Source: a virus
Strand: one strand, 5' to 3'
DNA: 64,000 nucleotides
IMG/VR virus record: IMGVR_UViG_3300044977_000123
Coordinates: 59,223 to 123,222 of that record
The notes below the pieces were generated by a model that was not told the origin of the DNA, did no database searches, and was given only the letters and a program-made list of their open reading frames with translations. The position numbers and the translations under genes were made by a program. How positions within the stretch are numbered: the first letter of the stretch is position 1; each line of letters starts with the position of its first letter. Below are positions 1-7,913 of this stretch, piece by piece.

Positions 1-51
1 AGCGGCTACTTCTTGGTGAATCACGCCGCAGGCCGACATTGATCTCGGGAG
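1..51 (+). ncRNA. 3' part of a Y RNA (first of a tandem pair; 5' end outside the window)
   Basis: Ends in ACATTGATCTCGGGA (36-50), matching the 3' Ro-binding strand ACCTTGATCTCGGGC (184-198) of the next Y RNA; GCGGC(2-6)/GCCGC(25-29) stem; no tRNA-like domain visible. Confidence 0.6.
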
Positions 52-61
52 GATATGCATC

Positions 62-203
62 GGGGGTGCCCGGTGCGACAGCAACGGGTTCATCAATGGG
101 TCGCGGGTTCGAGTCCCGCCCGGTCGGCGCAAGCTGGCCGGTAGCTCAGGCGGTAGAGCAGTTGACTACAACTCCCGTCGCTGACCTTGATCTCGGGCAC
201 CCC
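62..203 (+). ncRNA. yrlA: YrlA-type Y RNA with circularly permuted tRNA-like domain
   Basis: Terminal stem GGGGTGCCCG/CGGGCACCCC with GGTGCGA...CTTGATC Ro-box; T arm GCGGG-TTCGAGT-CCCGC (103-119); acceptor-like stem 120-141 closed by GCAA; D arm GCTC-AGGCGGTA-GAGC (144-159); TCAAT(93-97)/GTTGA(161-165) anticodon-stem equivalent; directly upstream of Ro60. Confidence 0.9.
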
Positions 204-239
204 ACTGCATGTCTTCCCCTCCACGTGAGGGGTTTTGCT

Positions 240-1940
240 TTGTCCCGCTTCAACACCCGGACCGCCCGTCCGTCCGGCATATCGCCCGTGACCACGACCG
301 GGCAGACCGTCACCACCCACGAGGGCGGCACCGGCTTCCTCCGCGACGAGAAGAGCGAGCTGTTCCTCCTCGCGGTGGCGAACTTCGTCGGCCAGGACAC
401 CTTCTACGAGCAGGGCGGCCAGCGCGACGACCGCTACACCCAGCTCGTCCGGCAGCTCGCCGTCGCCGACCCTGAGTGGACCGCTGGACTGCTCGGCTGG
501 CTCCGCGCCGACGGCAACATGCGCACCGCATCGCTCGTCGGCGCGGCCGAGTACGTCAAGGCCCGTCTCGACGCCGCAGGCAGCCGCGAGCGCCGCATCC
601 ACGAGCAGGGGGCCGACAAGGCCGCGACCGTATGGTCCGGCGACAGCCTCGACTACTCCGCCGCCGCGAACCGTCGCGTCATCGCCTCCGTCCTGCAGCG
701 CCCGGACGAGCCCGGCGAGCTGCTGGCCTACTGGACGTCCCGCTACGGCCGGAACCTCCCGAAGCCCGTGAAGCGCGGTGTCGCCGACGCTGTCCAGCGG
801 CTGTACAACGAGAGGAGCCTCCTCAAGTACGACACCGACTCGAAGGGCTACCGGTTCGGCGACGTCCTCGAGCTCGTCCACGCCTCGCCCGCAAAGCCCT
901 ACCAGCACGACCTGTTCAAGCACGCCATCGACCGGCGCCATAAGCGCGACAACCCGATCCCCGACGGGCTGCGGATCGTTCGCAGCCGCGAGGAGCTCTT
1001 CAGCCTGCCCGTCAAGGCCCGGCGCGCCGTACTGGAGTCGGCGCAGGGCATGGAGCGGCTCGCGGACGCTGGTGTCAACTGGGAGGCACTGGCGGGCTGG
1101 CTCCAGGGCCCGATGGACCAGGAGGCGTGGAAGGCAGTCATCCCGTCCATGGGCTACATGGCGCTCCTGCGGAACCTGAGGAACTTCGACCAGGCCGGCG
1201 TGTCCGACAGCGTCGCGCAGCAGGTCGCAGCGAAGCTCGCCGACCCGGAGCAGGTCGCCCGCTCCCGGCAACTGCCGATGCGGTTCTACTCGGCGTACCG
1301 GGCTGCGCCGTCGCTGCGCTGGTCATGGGCGCTGGAGCAGGCGCTCGGGCATTCGCTCGCGAACATCAACCGGCTGCCCGGCCGGACCCTGGTCCTGGTC
1401 GACACGTCCGGGTCGATGCACGCCGGGTTCAGCAAGGACGGCACGGTGATGCGCTGGGACGCGGCGGTCGTGTTCGGGATCGCCCTCGGGTACCGGTGCG
1501 CGCAGGCCGATGTGGTGTCGTTCTCCGACGCCGGCTACGGCTACGGCTGGAATTCGCGCGGCAACAGCGACGCGAGCCGACCGTTCGCGCTCACGCCCGG
1601 AGGCTCGGTCCTCGCGGAGGTCAAGCGCTGGAACGACGACGGCTACTTCATCGGCGGCGGCACCGACACTGCTGGCGCGGTCCAGCGGCACTTCGCCGGG
1701 CACGACCGGGTCGTGATCCTCACCGATGAGCAGGCCAACAGCAACGGCTCCGTCGACCGGGCGGTCCCGGCGAACGTGCCGATGTACACCTGGAACCTCG
1801 CGGGTTACCGGGCTGGCCACGCGCCGTCCGGGAGTCGCAACCGGCACACGTTCGGCGGGCTCACCGATGCGGCCTTCCGCATGGTGCCGCTGCTGGAGGC
1901 TGGGGCGAACGCCACCTGGCCCTGGCTCCAGTCCGCCTGA
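240..1940 (+). CDS. rsr: Ro60/TROVE domain RNA-binding protein with C-terminal vWA domain
   Basis: TROVE-type motifs (ELFLLAVANFVGQDTFYE, MGYMALLRNLRN), MIDAS DTSGSM, ILTDEQ; TTG start at 240 after GAGGGG gives MSRFNTR; the longer ORF from 39 runs through the Y RNA. Confidence 0.93.
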   Translation: MSRFNTRTARPSGISPVTTTGQTVTTHEGGTGFLRDEKSELFLLAVANFVGQDTFYEQGGQRDDRYTQLVRQLAVADPEWTAGLLGWLRADGNMRTASLVGAAEYVKARLDAAGSRERRIHEQGADKAATVWSGDSLDYSAAANRRVIASVLQRPDEPGELLAYWTSRYGRNLPKPVKRGVADAVQRLYNERSLLKYDTDSKGYRFGDVLELVHASPAKPYQHDLFKHAIDRRHKRDNPIPDGLRIVRSREELFSLPVKARRAVLESAQGMERLADAGVNWEALAGWLQGPMDQEAWKAVIPSMGYMALLRNLRNFDQAGVSDSVAQQVAAKLADPEQVARSRQLPMRFYSAYRAAPSLRWSWALEQALGHSLANINRLPGRTLVLVDTSGSMHAGFSKDGTVMRWDAAVVFGIALGYRCAQADVVSFSDAGYGYGWNSRGNSDASRPFALTPGGSVLAEVKRWNDDGYFIGGGTDTAGAVQRHFAGHDRVVILTDEQANSNGSVDRAVPANVPMYTWNLAGYRAGHAPSGSRNRHTFGGLTDAAFRMVPLLEAGANATWPWLQSA

Positions 1941-1947
1941 CTTGCCA

Positions 1948-2021
1948 CCAGGATGTGCCTGCGAGGTGCATCCTGGATTCACTCGGCCCTCAGTAGCCTC
2001 CCCCGACTGCTGGGGGTCGAG
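1948..2021 (+). terminator. Two tandem hairpins after Ro60
   Basis: 13-bp stem 1948-1976 and 15-bp stem 1982-2021, both with G-U pairs on + strand. Confidence 0.55.
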
Positions 2022-2117
2022 GTGCGTTCGGGTGCAGGTGGGACCGCATTCGGGCGATCAAGAGCGCATACTGGCAGCAGCCACTGCCCTCACTCCTGCC
2101 ACATGGGGAGCTGCGCC

Positions 2118-2825
2118 ATGCCCGTGCTCAACGTCTGCCCCGGAAGCCACAACAACGCGTGGAGGAAGGCCGAAGCCGCCGGCGAACCCCACGACCTCAC
2201 CCCCACCTGGGGAACACCCTTGCACTGCTTGACGTGCATGGGCCGCGCCTACCACCAGCTCTGCGAACTCCCCGAACTCCTCGCCGCCGTCTGGCTGGAG
2301 GCCATCAACGGCACCCGCGCCGGCGACAAGGTCGGGACGATCGGCCGCGCACCCGAAGCCACGTGGCCCGGCCAGTCCGCGAGGCTGATGACGGACCTCA
2401 TCGTGGGCGGCCTCGTCGAGCTCGAAGACGACCTGCGGGACCTTCGGCACCTCAATGTGCGCCCCGACCGTGGACGCGAGGGCCAGACCGTGTCCGGTGC
2501 AGTGACGTTTCTCCTCACGCACCTCGACTGGGCCCTCACCCACCACCCCGCCGCGACCGAGACCCACGACCGGGACTCCGCGAACCCGGCCAGCCAGATC
2601 AGCTACTGGAACCGGGCGGCGACCCGGTTCACCCGGCGCGACCAGCTCCGCGTGCAGATGGCCGCACCGTGCCCGAAGTGCGCACTCCGATCGCTGGCCC
2701 ACGTCGACGGCGAGGACTACATCTCGTGCGGCAACCCGCTCTGCGAGAACCTGATGACCGAGTCCGAGTACGAGGACTGGTCGCAGCAGGTCGCCAAGGA
2801 GGAACACATCAAGCTCGTGGCTTGA
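2118..2825 (+). CDS. Zn-finger phage protein, putative late-gene regulator
   Basis: CxxC motifs (CLTC, CPKC, CGNPLC); position just before the late genes; GGGGAG RBS. Confidence 0.6.
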   Translation: MPVLNVCPGSHNNAWRKAEAAGEPHDLTPTWGTPLHCLTCMGRAYHQLCELPELLAAVWLEAINGTRAGDKVGTIGRAPEATWPGQSARLMTDLIVGGLVELEDDLRDLRHLNVRPDRGREGQTVSGAVTFLLTHLDWALTHHPAATETHDRDSANPASQISYWNRAATRFTRRDQLRVQMAAPCPKCALRSLAHVDGEDYISCGNPLCENLMTESEYEDWSQQVAKEEHIKLVA

Positions 2826-2901
2826 CGAAACGATCTAGGGGTGGAACGCTTTCAACCGCGACCCCATGCCCTGAATCAGGCCCCGTCATTTGCGGGGCCT
2901 T
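2822..2901 (+). promoter_or_regulatory. Candidate late promoter followed by terminator-like hairpin
   Basis: TTGACG (2822-2827), 17 bp, AACGCT (2845-2850, weak -10); hairpin AGGCCCCG/CGGGGCCT 2878-2900. Confidence 0.4.
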
Positions 2902-2926
2902 CGTCATGTCCAGGGGGTGGCATCCC

Positions 2927-3139
2927 ATGGTCATCCTCGAAGGCGACCTCACGGCGATCACCTGGACGACAAGGCAGGCGGCCGAAGCCGCAGGCGTCGA
3001 CCAGGCGCGGATCCGCAAGTGGGCGTTCCGTGGCAAGCTCGCGCCCGTCAACCCCCACGCCGTTCACCCGCGCTACCGGGCCCTGGACGTTCTGCGGGTC
3101 GAAGCCGAGATGAGCGGGCGTATCCCGGTCGCCGCCTGA
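2927..3139 (+). CDS. Small MerR/Xis-like HTH DNA-binding protein
   Basis: TTRQAAEAAGVDQARIRKWAFRGKL...PRYRALDV winged-HTH pattern. Confidence 0.75.
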   Translation: MVILEGDLTAITWTTRQAAEAAGVDQARIRKWAFRGKLAPVNPHAVHPRYRALDVLRVEAEMSGRIPVAA

Positions 3140-3169
3140 CCCCTACTCTCCCTGCTGCTGCGCTATGCG

Positions 3170-3326
3170 CCGGCGGGGCCCGGACCCGTGTCGAGGGTCG
3201 CGGGAAGCTCGCGGTCCTGATCGGCCCCCCAGTCGGGGCCGCGAGTCCAAGCGTGACCGTGCGTCCCGCCGCTGTTGCCGGTCTTGGGAAGAGTGGACGC
3301 AAGGCACCCGGGGCGACTCGGGTGCC
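3170..3326 (+). ncRNA. Structured intergenic RNA element (unknown class)
   Basis: Nested helices 3170-3178/3263-3271, 3197-3203/3252-3258, 3208-3217/3236-3245, plus 10-bp GCGA-tetraloop hairpin 3303-3326. Confidence 0.45.
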
Positions 3327-3347
3327 ACCACGACGAAGGCGGTGACC

Positions 3348-3533
3348 GTGCGTTTCCTTCATCGTGCCCGCCAGGAGTTCTGGTGGTTCGCCGAGCAGCA
3401 CGCTGGTCGCTTGTGGCTCCGGGTTTGCCCTGATGGCGTGTCGTGCTGGCTGGACTGGCTGCCCTCGTTCTGCCTGAGCCGACGGTATGCGGCAGAGCGG
3501 GCGCTCAACCCGGAGCTGTTCGAGGGGCGGTGA
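3348..3533 (+). CDS. Hypothetical protein
   Basis: GTG start after AAGGCGG; coupled to next ORF. Confidence 0.5.
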   Translation: MRFLHRARQEFWWFAEQHAGRLWLRVCPDGVSCWLDWLPSFCLSRRYAAERALNPELFEGR

Positions 3534-3535
3534 CC

Positions 3536-3697
3536 ATGCCTGTCACCCGCGTCCTGGTCTGGTGCGACTGCGACCACCCACTGGATGAGCACCGCTCGAA
3601 CAGCGGTCCGTGCATGGGTGTCGACGCCTACGGCTATCCGTGCGAGTGCAGGTCGTTCGAGCCGATCACCAACGACAGTCCGGAGCCCGCAGCTTGA
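3536..3697 (+). CDS. Small Cys/His-rich hypothetical protein
   Basis: CDCDH...H...C...CEC; GAGGGG RBS. Confidence 0.55.
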   Translation: MPVTRVLVWCDCDHPLDEHRSNSGPCMGVDAYGYPCECRSFEPITNDSPEPAA

Positions 3698-3891
3698 CCG
3701 ACGACGACCCGATGCGCGCCCTCGTCAGCCCGTTTGTCCACCCCGACGACTTCGATCCGATCTTCGGCCGGTGCTCCCGCTGCGGTGGCGACGCCATCTT
3801 GATCGAGACCGGCTGGCATCACGACGGCAAAGGCTGCGACCCGCGCAAAGCCGAGGCCGCGCAGTTCATCCCCGACGCACCGGAGGGCTGA
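3694..3891 (+). CDS. Small Zn-binding hypothetical protein
   Basis: CSRC...WHH...C; TTGA overlap with previous stop (alternative ATG at 3712). Confidence 0.5.
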   Translation: MTDDDPMRALVSPFVHPDDFDPIFGRCSRCGGDAILIETGWHHDGKGCDPRKAEAAQFIPDAPEG

Positions 3892-3896
3892 TTGCC

Positions 3897-4097
3897 ATGG
3901 CCGAGCTGAAGTCGATCAGCGTCCGCTGCCCGGCCTGTGGCGTACAGGTCGAGCTTCCCGCGCGCCTGTGCCTTTCGTCGAACCACGCGGACCCGGTGGC
4001 TGACCTGACCGTCGACCTGGATCCGGTCCGCGCCCACGCAGCCGAGCACGCCGAGGTGCTGCCCGCAGCCCTCGCGCACTTCGGCGTCCCCTGGTAG
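3897..4097 (+). CDS. Small hypothetical protein (CPAC motif)
   Basis: GGAGGG RBS, GC3-biased codons. Confidence 0.55.
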   Translation: MAELKSISVRCPACGVQVELPARLCLSSNHADPVADLTVDLDPVRAHAAEHAEVLPAALAHFGVPW

Positions 4098-4119
4098 CCC
4101 TCACCCTCGAAGGACCCGC

Positions 4120-4440
4120 ATGTCCGAGCACAAGCACGCCCACCCGCACGTGACTCCGACGCAGCCCGTGCCGACGGTGGGCCGTGTCGTCCACTACGTC
4201 AGCCATGGCAGCCCGGTACTTCCGGACGGCTCGCAGATGTACCGGCCCGAGTGCCGGGCCGCGATCGTCACCGAGGTCGGCGACTGGCCCGAGGGCATCA
4301 GCGAGGCCGACCGCAGCAACATCGCCGTCCCGGTCGGTCTGTGCGTGCTCAACCCGACCGGCCAGTTCTTCCTGCAGGGCGCGATGCAGAGCGAGATCGG
4401 CCACGAAGGTGGCAGCTGGCACTGGCCCGAGAGGGTCTGA
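4120..4440 (+). CDS. Phage protein with PTVGRVVHY...GSWHWP domain
   Basis: AAGGA RBS; paralogous to the central module of 5299-5994. Confidence 0.8.
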   Translation: MSEHKHAHPHVTPTQPVPTVGRVVHYVSHGSPVLPDGSQMYRPECRAAIVTEVGDWPEGISEADRSNIAVPVGLCVLNPTGQFFLQGAMQSEIGHEGGSWHWPERV

Positions 4441-4488
4441 CGCCTCAACCCAACTTCCCGCTGCGCCCTGCGCATCCGGGTCTTCAGC

Positions 4489-4553
4489 GTGCGCGCGGTC
4501 CCTGGTTGGGGAACTGCGGCGACCGCGCGCACCCAGTTCCCCCGCAGTTCCCC
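4489..4553 (+). promoter_or_regulatory. H-type RNA pseudoknot abutting an RBS
   Basis: Perfect stems 4489-4500/4521-4532 and 4508-4519/4542-4553; GAGGAG at 4554-4559. Confidence 0.6.
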
Positions 4554-4565
4554 GAGGAGAAGATC

Positions 4566-5051
4566 ATGCCCACCCGCTCCCAGCGCCGCGCCGATTCCCG
4601 CGACGAGGCCCGCGCCAACCCGATCCCGCCCCGGCCGCGCAGCCACGGTGACGTCGGCCTCGCCGTCCACGCCCCGCGCCGCATGCCCGTCCGACCGCCG
4701 TCCGAGCGGTCCGGGCAGACGCGGCGCAACACCAAGCGGACGGCCCGCGCCGAGTACTGGCGGACCGTCATTGTGCAGGTCTGGCCCGACATGGAGCCGT
4801 ACTTCCGCCAGCACCTGCACCTCTTCGGCGACGGCACCCGCATCGTCAGCCGCACCGCATCGCCGGACGGCCCTACCGATCTGCATGTGCACATCCCCGG
4901 CGCACCGCCGAACGCCACGCTGGCAGAGGCCGCCGTCTACCAGGACAACCGGGGCGAATGGCCCGTGCCGTTCGTGGACCACATCGACTGGTTCGACGCC
5001 GCCGGGCAGCGCATCGAGGACGCCGGGCAGATGGCCGAGGTGGCGTCGTGA
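4566..5051 (+). CDS. Hypothetical protein with Arg/Pro-rich N-terminus
   Basis: ATG after GAGGAG; coupled to next ORF. Confidence 0.7.
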   Translation: MPTRSQRRADSRDEARANPIPPRPRSHGDVGLAVHAPRRMPVRPPSERSGQTRRNTKRTARAEYWRTVIVQVWPDMEPYFRQHLHLFGDGTRIVSRTASPDGPTDLHVHIPGAPPNATLAEAAVYQDNRGEWPVPFVDHIDWFDAAGQRIEDAGQMAEVAS

Positions 5052-5302
5052 GCGAGGAAGTTGACTGGGAGCAGCTGGTCCGCGCCCACTCCAAGGAGCG
5101 GCTGAAGCTGTGCGTCGTGCTGCCCGCGCCGACAACGCCGAGCGGCGCCATCGGCCAGCCCAACGTGCTGGAGCACCTGAAGGTACTCGACCAGGACGGT
5201 CGACTGCTGCTATCCGGCACGGGCATAGAGCTGAGCGCAAAGACGAACGAGTTCACCGAGGTCACGCTTCGGTTCATCCCCGACAAGGTGATCTTCGAGT
5301 GA
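5048..5302 (+). CDS. Hypothetical protein
   Basis: GTGA overlaps at both ends, GAGG RBS. Confidence 0.65.
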   Translation: MSEEVDWEQLVRAHSKERLKLCVVLPAPTTPSGAIGQPNVLEHLKVLDQDGRLLLSGTGIELSAKTNEFTEVTLRFIPDKVIFE

Positions 5303-5994
5303 GCCGCTACACCGCGACCATCCACATGGCCGAGCCGCACGCCGCCACCCAGTCCGTCGCCTGTGATGGCGTGTACGTCGACGGCGGCGGCAACCTGTAC
5401 GTCCAGGTGACGTGCCATGGTGATGTGGAGACAGTCGCCCGGTTCCAGCACGGCCACTGGGCCAGCTACGCGCTGGAGCTGACCGACGGGCCCGACGTCG
5501 ACGCCTGGCTGCGCGAAGGCGTGATGACGCGCGAGCAGTTCCTCGGGCGCGCCCAGGGCACGTTCGTCGACGACTCCGCCAGCGAGCCGGTTGAGGCCGA
5601 GCCGCTGCCCGAGGTCGGCGAGACCGTGCACTTGTGGCGGGAGAACGCACCCTGCACGGTCGCGCTGGTGAAGGGGCACCTTCCAGCCGATGGAGACATC
5701 ATTCCCGCTGGCCTCATCCTCGGACGAGCAGATGAGCGCCTGTTGGACTGCTCGTGGCCCCGATACTCGCGGTTTCTGACGCGGACCCACGACGAGACCC
5801 GCACCGAGTCCGGGTCCTGGCATTGGCCGCACGACGACGGCGGCCAGGACGCCGAGCCGGAGCCGAAGCCGCCCGCGCCGAGCATCACGATCAACGTCTC
5901 CGGCTCTGTGCTCAGCGAGCGCGACCTGCGGGACGCCATCCAGCAGCAGTTGATGCGCCTCGCCCAGCTCAACCCGACGCTCTACCGCCGCTAA
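5299..5994 (+). CDS. Three-module protein ending in a tape-measure-like C-terminal peptide
   Basis: N module similar to 23350-23529, middle similar to 4120-4440, C-terminus ITINVSGSVLSERDLRDAIQQQLMRL...YRR similar to the TMP C-terminus. Confidence 0.75.
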   Translation: MSRYTATIHMAEPHAATQSVACDGVYVDGGGNLYVQVTCHGDVETVARFQHGHWASYALELTDGPDVDAWLREGVMTREQFLGRAQGTFVDDSASEPVEAEPLPEVGETVHLWRENAPCTVALVKGHLPADGDIIPAGLILGRADERLLDCSWPRYSRFLTRTHDETRTESGSWHWPHDDGGQDAEPEPKPPAPSITINVSGSVLSERDLRDAIQQQLMRLAQLNPTLYRR

Positions 5995-6019
5995 CCCACC
6001 CTCACCTCAAGGAGTCACC

Positions 6020-6289
6020 ATGTCCTTCGCCACCGGCCTCCGCGCCTTCTTCTCCCACTTCACGTCCGTCTCCGAGGCCGAGATCGAATCCCTCGTCGAG
6101 CACGCCGTCCCGCTCTTCGACCAGGCGCGGGCCGCGATCACCACCGACGTGCAGCAGCTCGTCACCCAGGGCACCAGCGACGTCCAGGCCCTCGTCGCCG
6201 ACCTGAAGGCCGAGATCGCCGCGCTCAAGGCCGCGCTCGGGCAGGCGCCCGCCGCGCCGGCCGAGCCCGCCGCCCCCGCTGCCGAGTAG
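6020..6289 (+). CDS. Small coiled-coil protein
   Basis: AAGGAG RBS; heptad pattern VQALVADLKAEIAALKAAL. Confidence 0.8.
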   Translation: MSFATGLRAFFSHFTSVSEAEIESLVEHAVPLFDQARAAITTDVQQLVTQGTSDVQALVADLKAEIAALKAALGQAPAAPAEPAAPAAE

Positions 6290-6322
6290 TCAGACCCACC
6301 ACAACCGACAGGAGGCGCGTCC

Positions 6323-6808
6323 ATGGCTGTGACGGCCTATGTATTCCCGAGCTTCATTGACGCCCTCAACAGCAAGTCGATCAACGTAACCACGGACACC
6401 CTTGAGGTGCTGCTGGTGGCGTCGGGCACGTACACCTGGAACAGCACCGCGAACGGTGCTGTCCACGTGCACGACTTCCTGACGGCGAACGGCACCCTGA
6501 CCGAGGTGTCGGGCGGCGGCTACTCCCGGCAGACCCTCACGTCCGTGTCCACGTCCGACGCGTTCTCGACGCCGCACAACTACACGTCGCTGGTCGTCGG
6601 CACGAACCCGTCGTGGACGTCGGCGAGCTTCTCGGCCGTCTACGCCCTGTTCTTCGACAACACCGTCGGCGGCAGCGACACCACGAACCAGGTGATCGCC
6701 TACTGGGACCTCGGGGGCACCCAGACGGTCACGGCGTCCACCTTCACGCTCAGCATGGGCACCGCCAATACCGTCGCGAACGTCCTCGTGCAGTGGCAGG
6801 AGAACTAG
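6323..6808 (+). CDS. Virion structural protein (fibre-module anchor-like, beta-rich)
   Basis: AGGAGG RBS; DTLEVLLV...EVSGGGYSRQTL pattern typical of phage minor structural proteins. Confidence 0.7.
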   Translation: MAVTAYVFPSFIDALNSKSINVTTDTLEVLLVASGTYTWNSTANGAVHVHDFLTANGTLTEVSGGGYSRQTLTSVSTSDAFSTPHNYTSLVVGTNPSWTSASFSAVYALFFDNTVGGSDTTNQVIAYWDLGGTQTVTASTFTLSMGTANTVANVLVQWQEN

Positions 6809-6840
6809 CCTTCCCGGACCGGCAAAAGGGGCGCTGACCT

Positions 6841-7383
6841 GTGCCGATAATGGGAAATCTCCTAAATTACAACGACGAATCCGTTGAGACTTCCCTCGGT
6901 GACTGGGCGGTCTCCGGATCCGGATCCCCGACGCTGACGCAGTCGACGACGCACGCTCTCGACGGCACGCACTCCATGCAGATCGTGTCGTCGACCTCCG
7001 GGTTCTGCGGCGTCGTCTGGAATGCGGCGTCGATTCCCGTGAGCCTCGGTACGACCTACACCCTGTCGTTTTGGATCTACACGACGCTGACGGGGCGCAC
7101 CGCCAGTGCAGAGATCAACTGGTACGACGGGGCGACGTACCTCAGCGACGCCGCCAACACCATCCTGATCACCGCGAACACGTGGACTAACGTGGCCGTC
7201 CAGTCCACCCCTGCCGCCACCACGACCGCGTGCGTCCCGCTGGCACTCGGCATCTCCAACGCCGCCTCGCAGACGTTCTGGATCGACGAGATTTTCTTTG
7301 GCGTGTTGCCGGACATTCCCGGCGGCGCCGTCAACCCGGTCCACAGCACCACGCAGGCCGTCTCCCGCGCACACCTCTGGTGA
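6841..7383 (+). CDS. Carbohydrate-binding-module-like (CBM4/9-type) protein
   Basis: GNLLN...S.E..W...DGTHS...GTTYTLSFWI...WTNV...FWIDE pattern; start may be ATG 6850. Confidence 0.65.
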   Translation: MPIMGNLLNYNDESVETSLGDWAVSGSGSPTLTQSTTHALDGTHSMQIVSSTSGFCGVVWNAASIPVSLGTTYTLSFWIYTTLTGRTASAEINWYDGATYLSDAANTILITANTWTNVAVQSTPAATTTACVPLALGISNAASQTFWIDEIFFGVLPDIPGGAVNPVHSTTQAVSRAHLW

Positions 7384-7393
7384 GGAGGCCCTG

Positions 7394-7900
7394 ATGGCGC
7401 AGTTCATCGCCTACAACTCGGCACTGTCGACGACCACGGCCATCGACCCGGGCACGTCGTACGCCACCGGCGCGAAGGTCGCCCTGCAGCTCGGGATCCC
7501 GTCGGGCGGTCAGATCGAGCTCGTCGAGTGGGGCGTGTCGCTCGGCACAGTGCAGGCCACCGCGGCGAACCTCGAGGTCTGCTCGACTGCGACGGCGTCG
7601 ACGATGTCCACGGCCCACTCCACGACGACGATCTGCAACATCCTCGACCCCAACGGCGCCACGTCCCGGCTGACGATGAGTACCTCGGCGACGGGCTTCG
7701 GCAACGGTGCGATCACCTCCAACACGTCTTTGCGGCCCGTCGACAGGCAGAACCTGTTCTCGTCCTACGCCAAGATCTGGCCGCTCGGCGCCTACCCGAA
7801 GTTCGGGGCGACAGGCGCGGCCCAGTACCTGCAGCTGCGCATCAACACGGCGGCCACGGTCAACGCATACGCGTACTTCGTGTTCAACGAGCTGATCTAG
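7394..7900 (+). CDS. Putative virion structural protein
   Basis: GAGGAGG RBS; Thr/Ala-rich beta protein ending LRIN...AYFVFNE. Confidence 0.7.
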   Translation: MAQFIAYNSALSTTTAIDPGTSYATGAKVALQLGIPSGGQIELVEWGVSLGTVQATAANLEVCSTATASTMSTAHSTTTICNILDPNGATSRLTMSTSATGFGNGAITSNTSLRPVDRQNLFSSYAKIWPLGAYPKFGATGAAQYLQLRINTAATVNAYAYFVFNELI

Positions 7901-7913
7901 CCGGGGGCGACCG

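Noticed and set aside
93-165. tRNA gene (GGTTCGAGTCCC and TAGCTCAG..GGTAGAGC present)
   Set aside because: Arms are in T-acceptor-D order with no anticodon loop or CCA end; this is the YrlA mimic domain.
39-239. N-terminal extension of Ro60 given by the ORF track
   Set aside because: It overlaps the Y RNA; a TTG with an SD at 240 gives a more plausible N-terminus.
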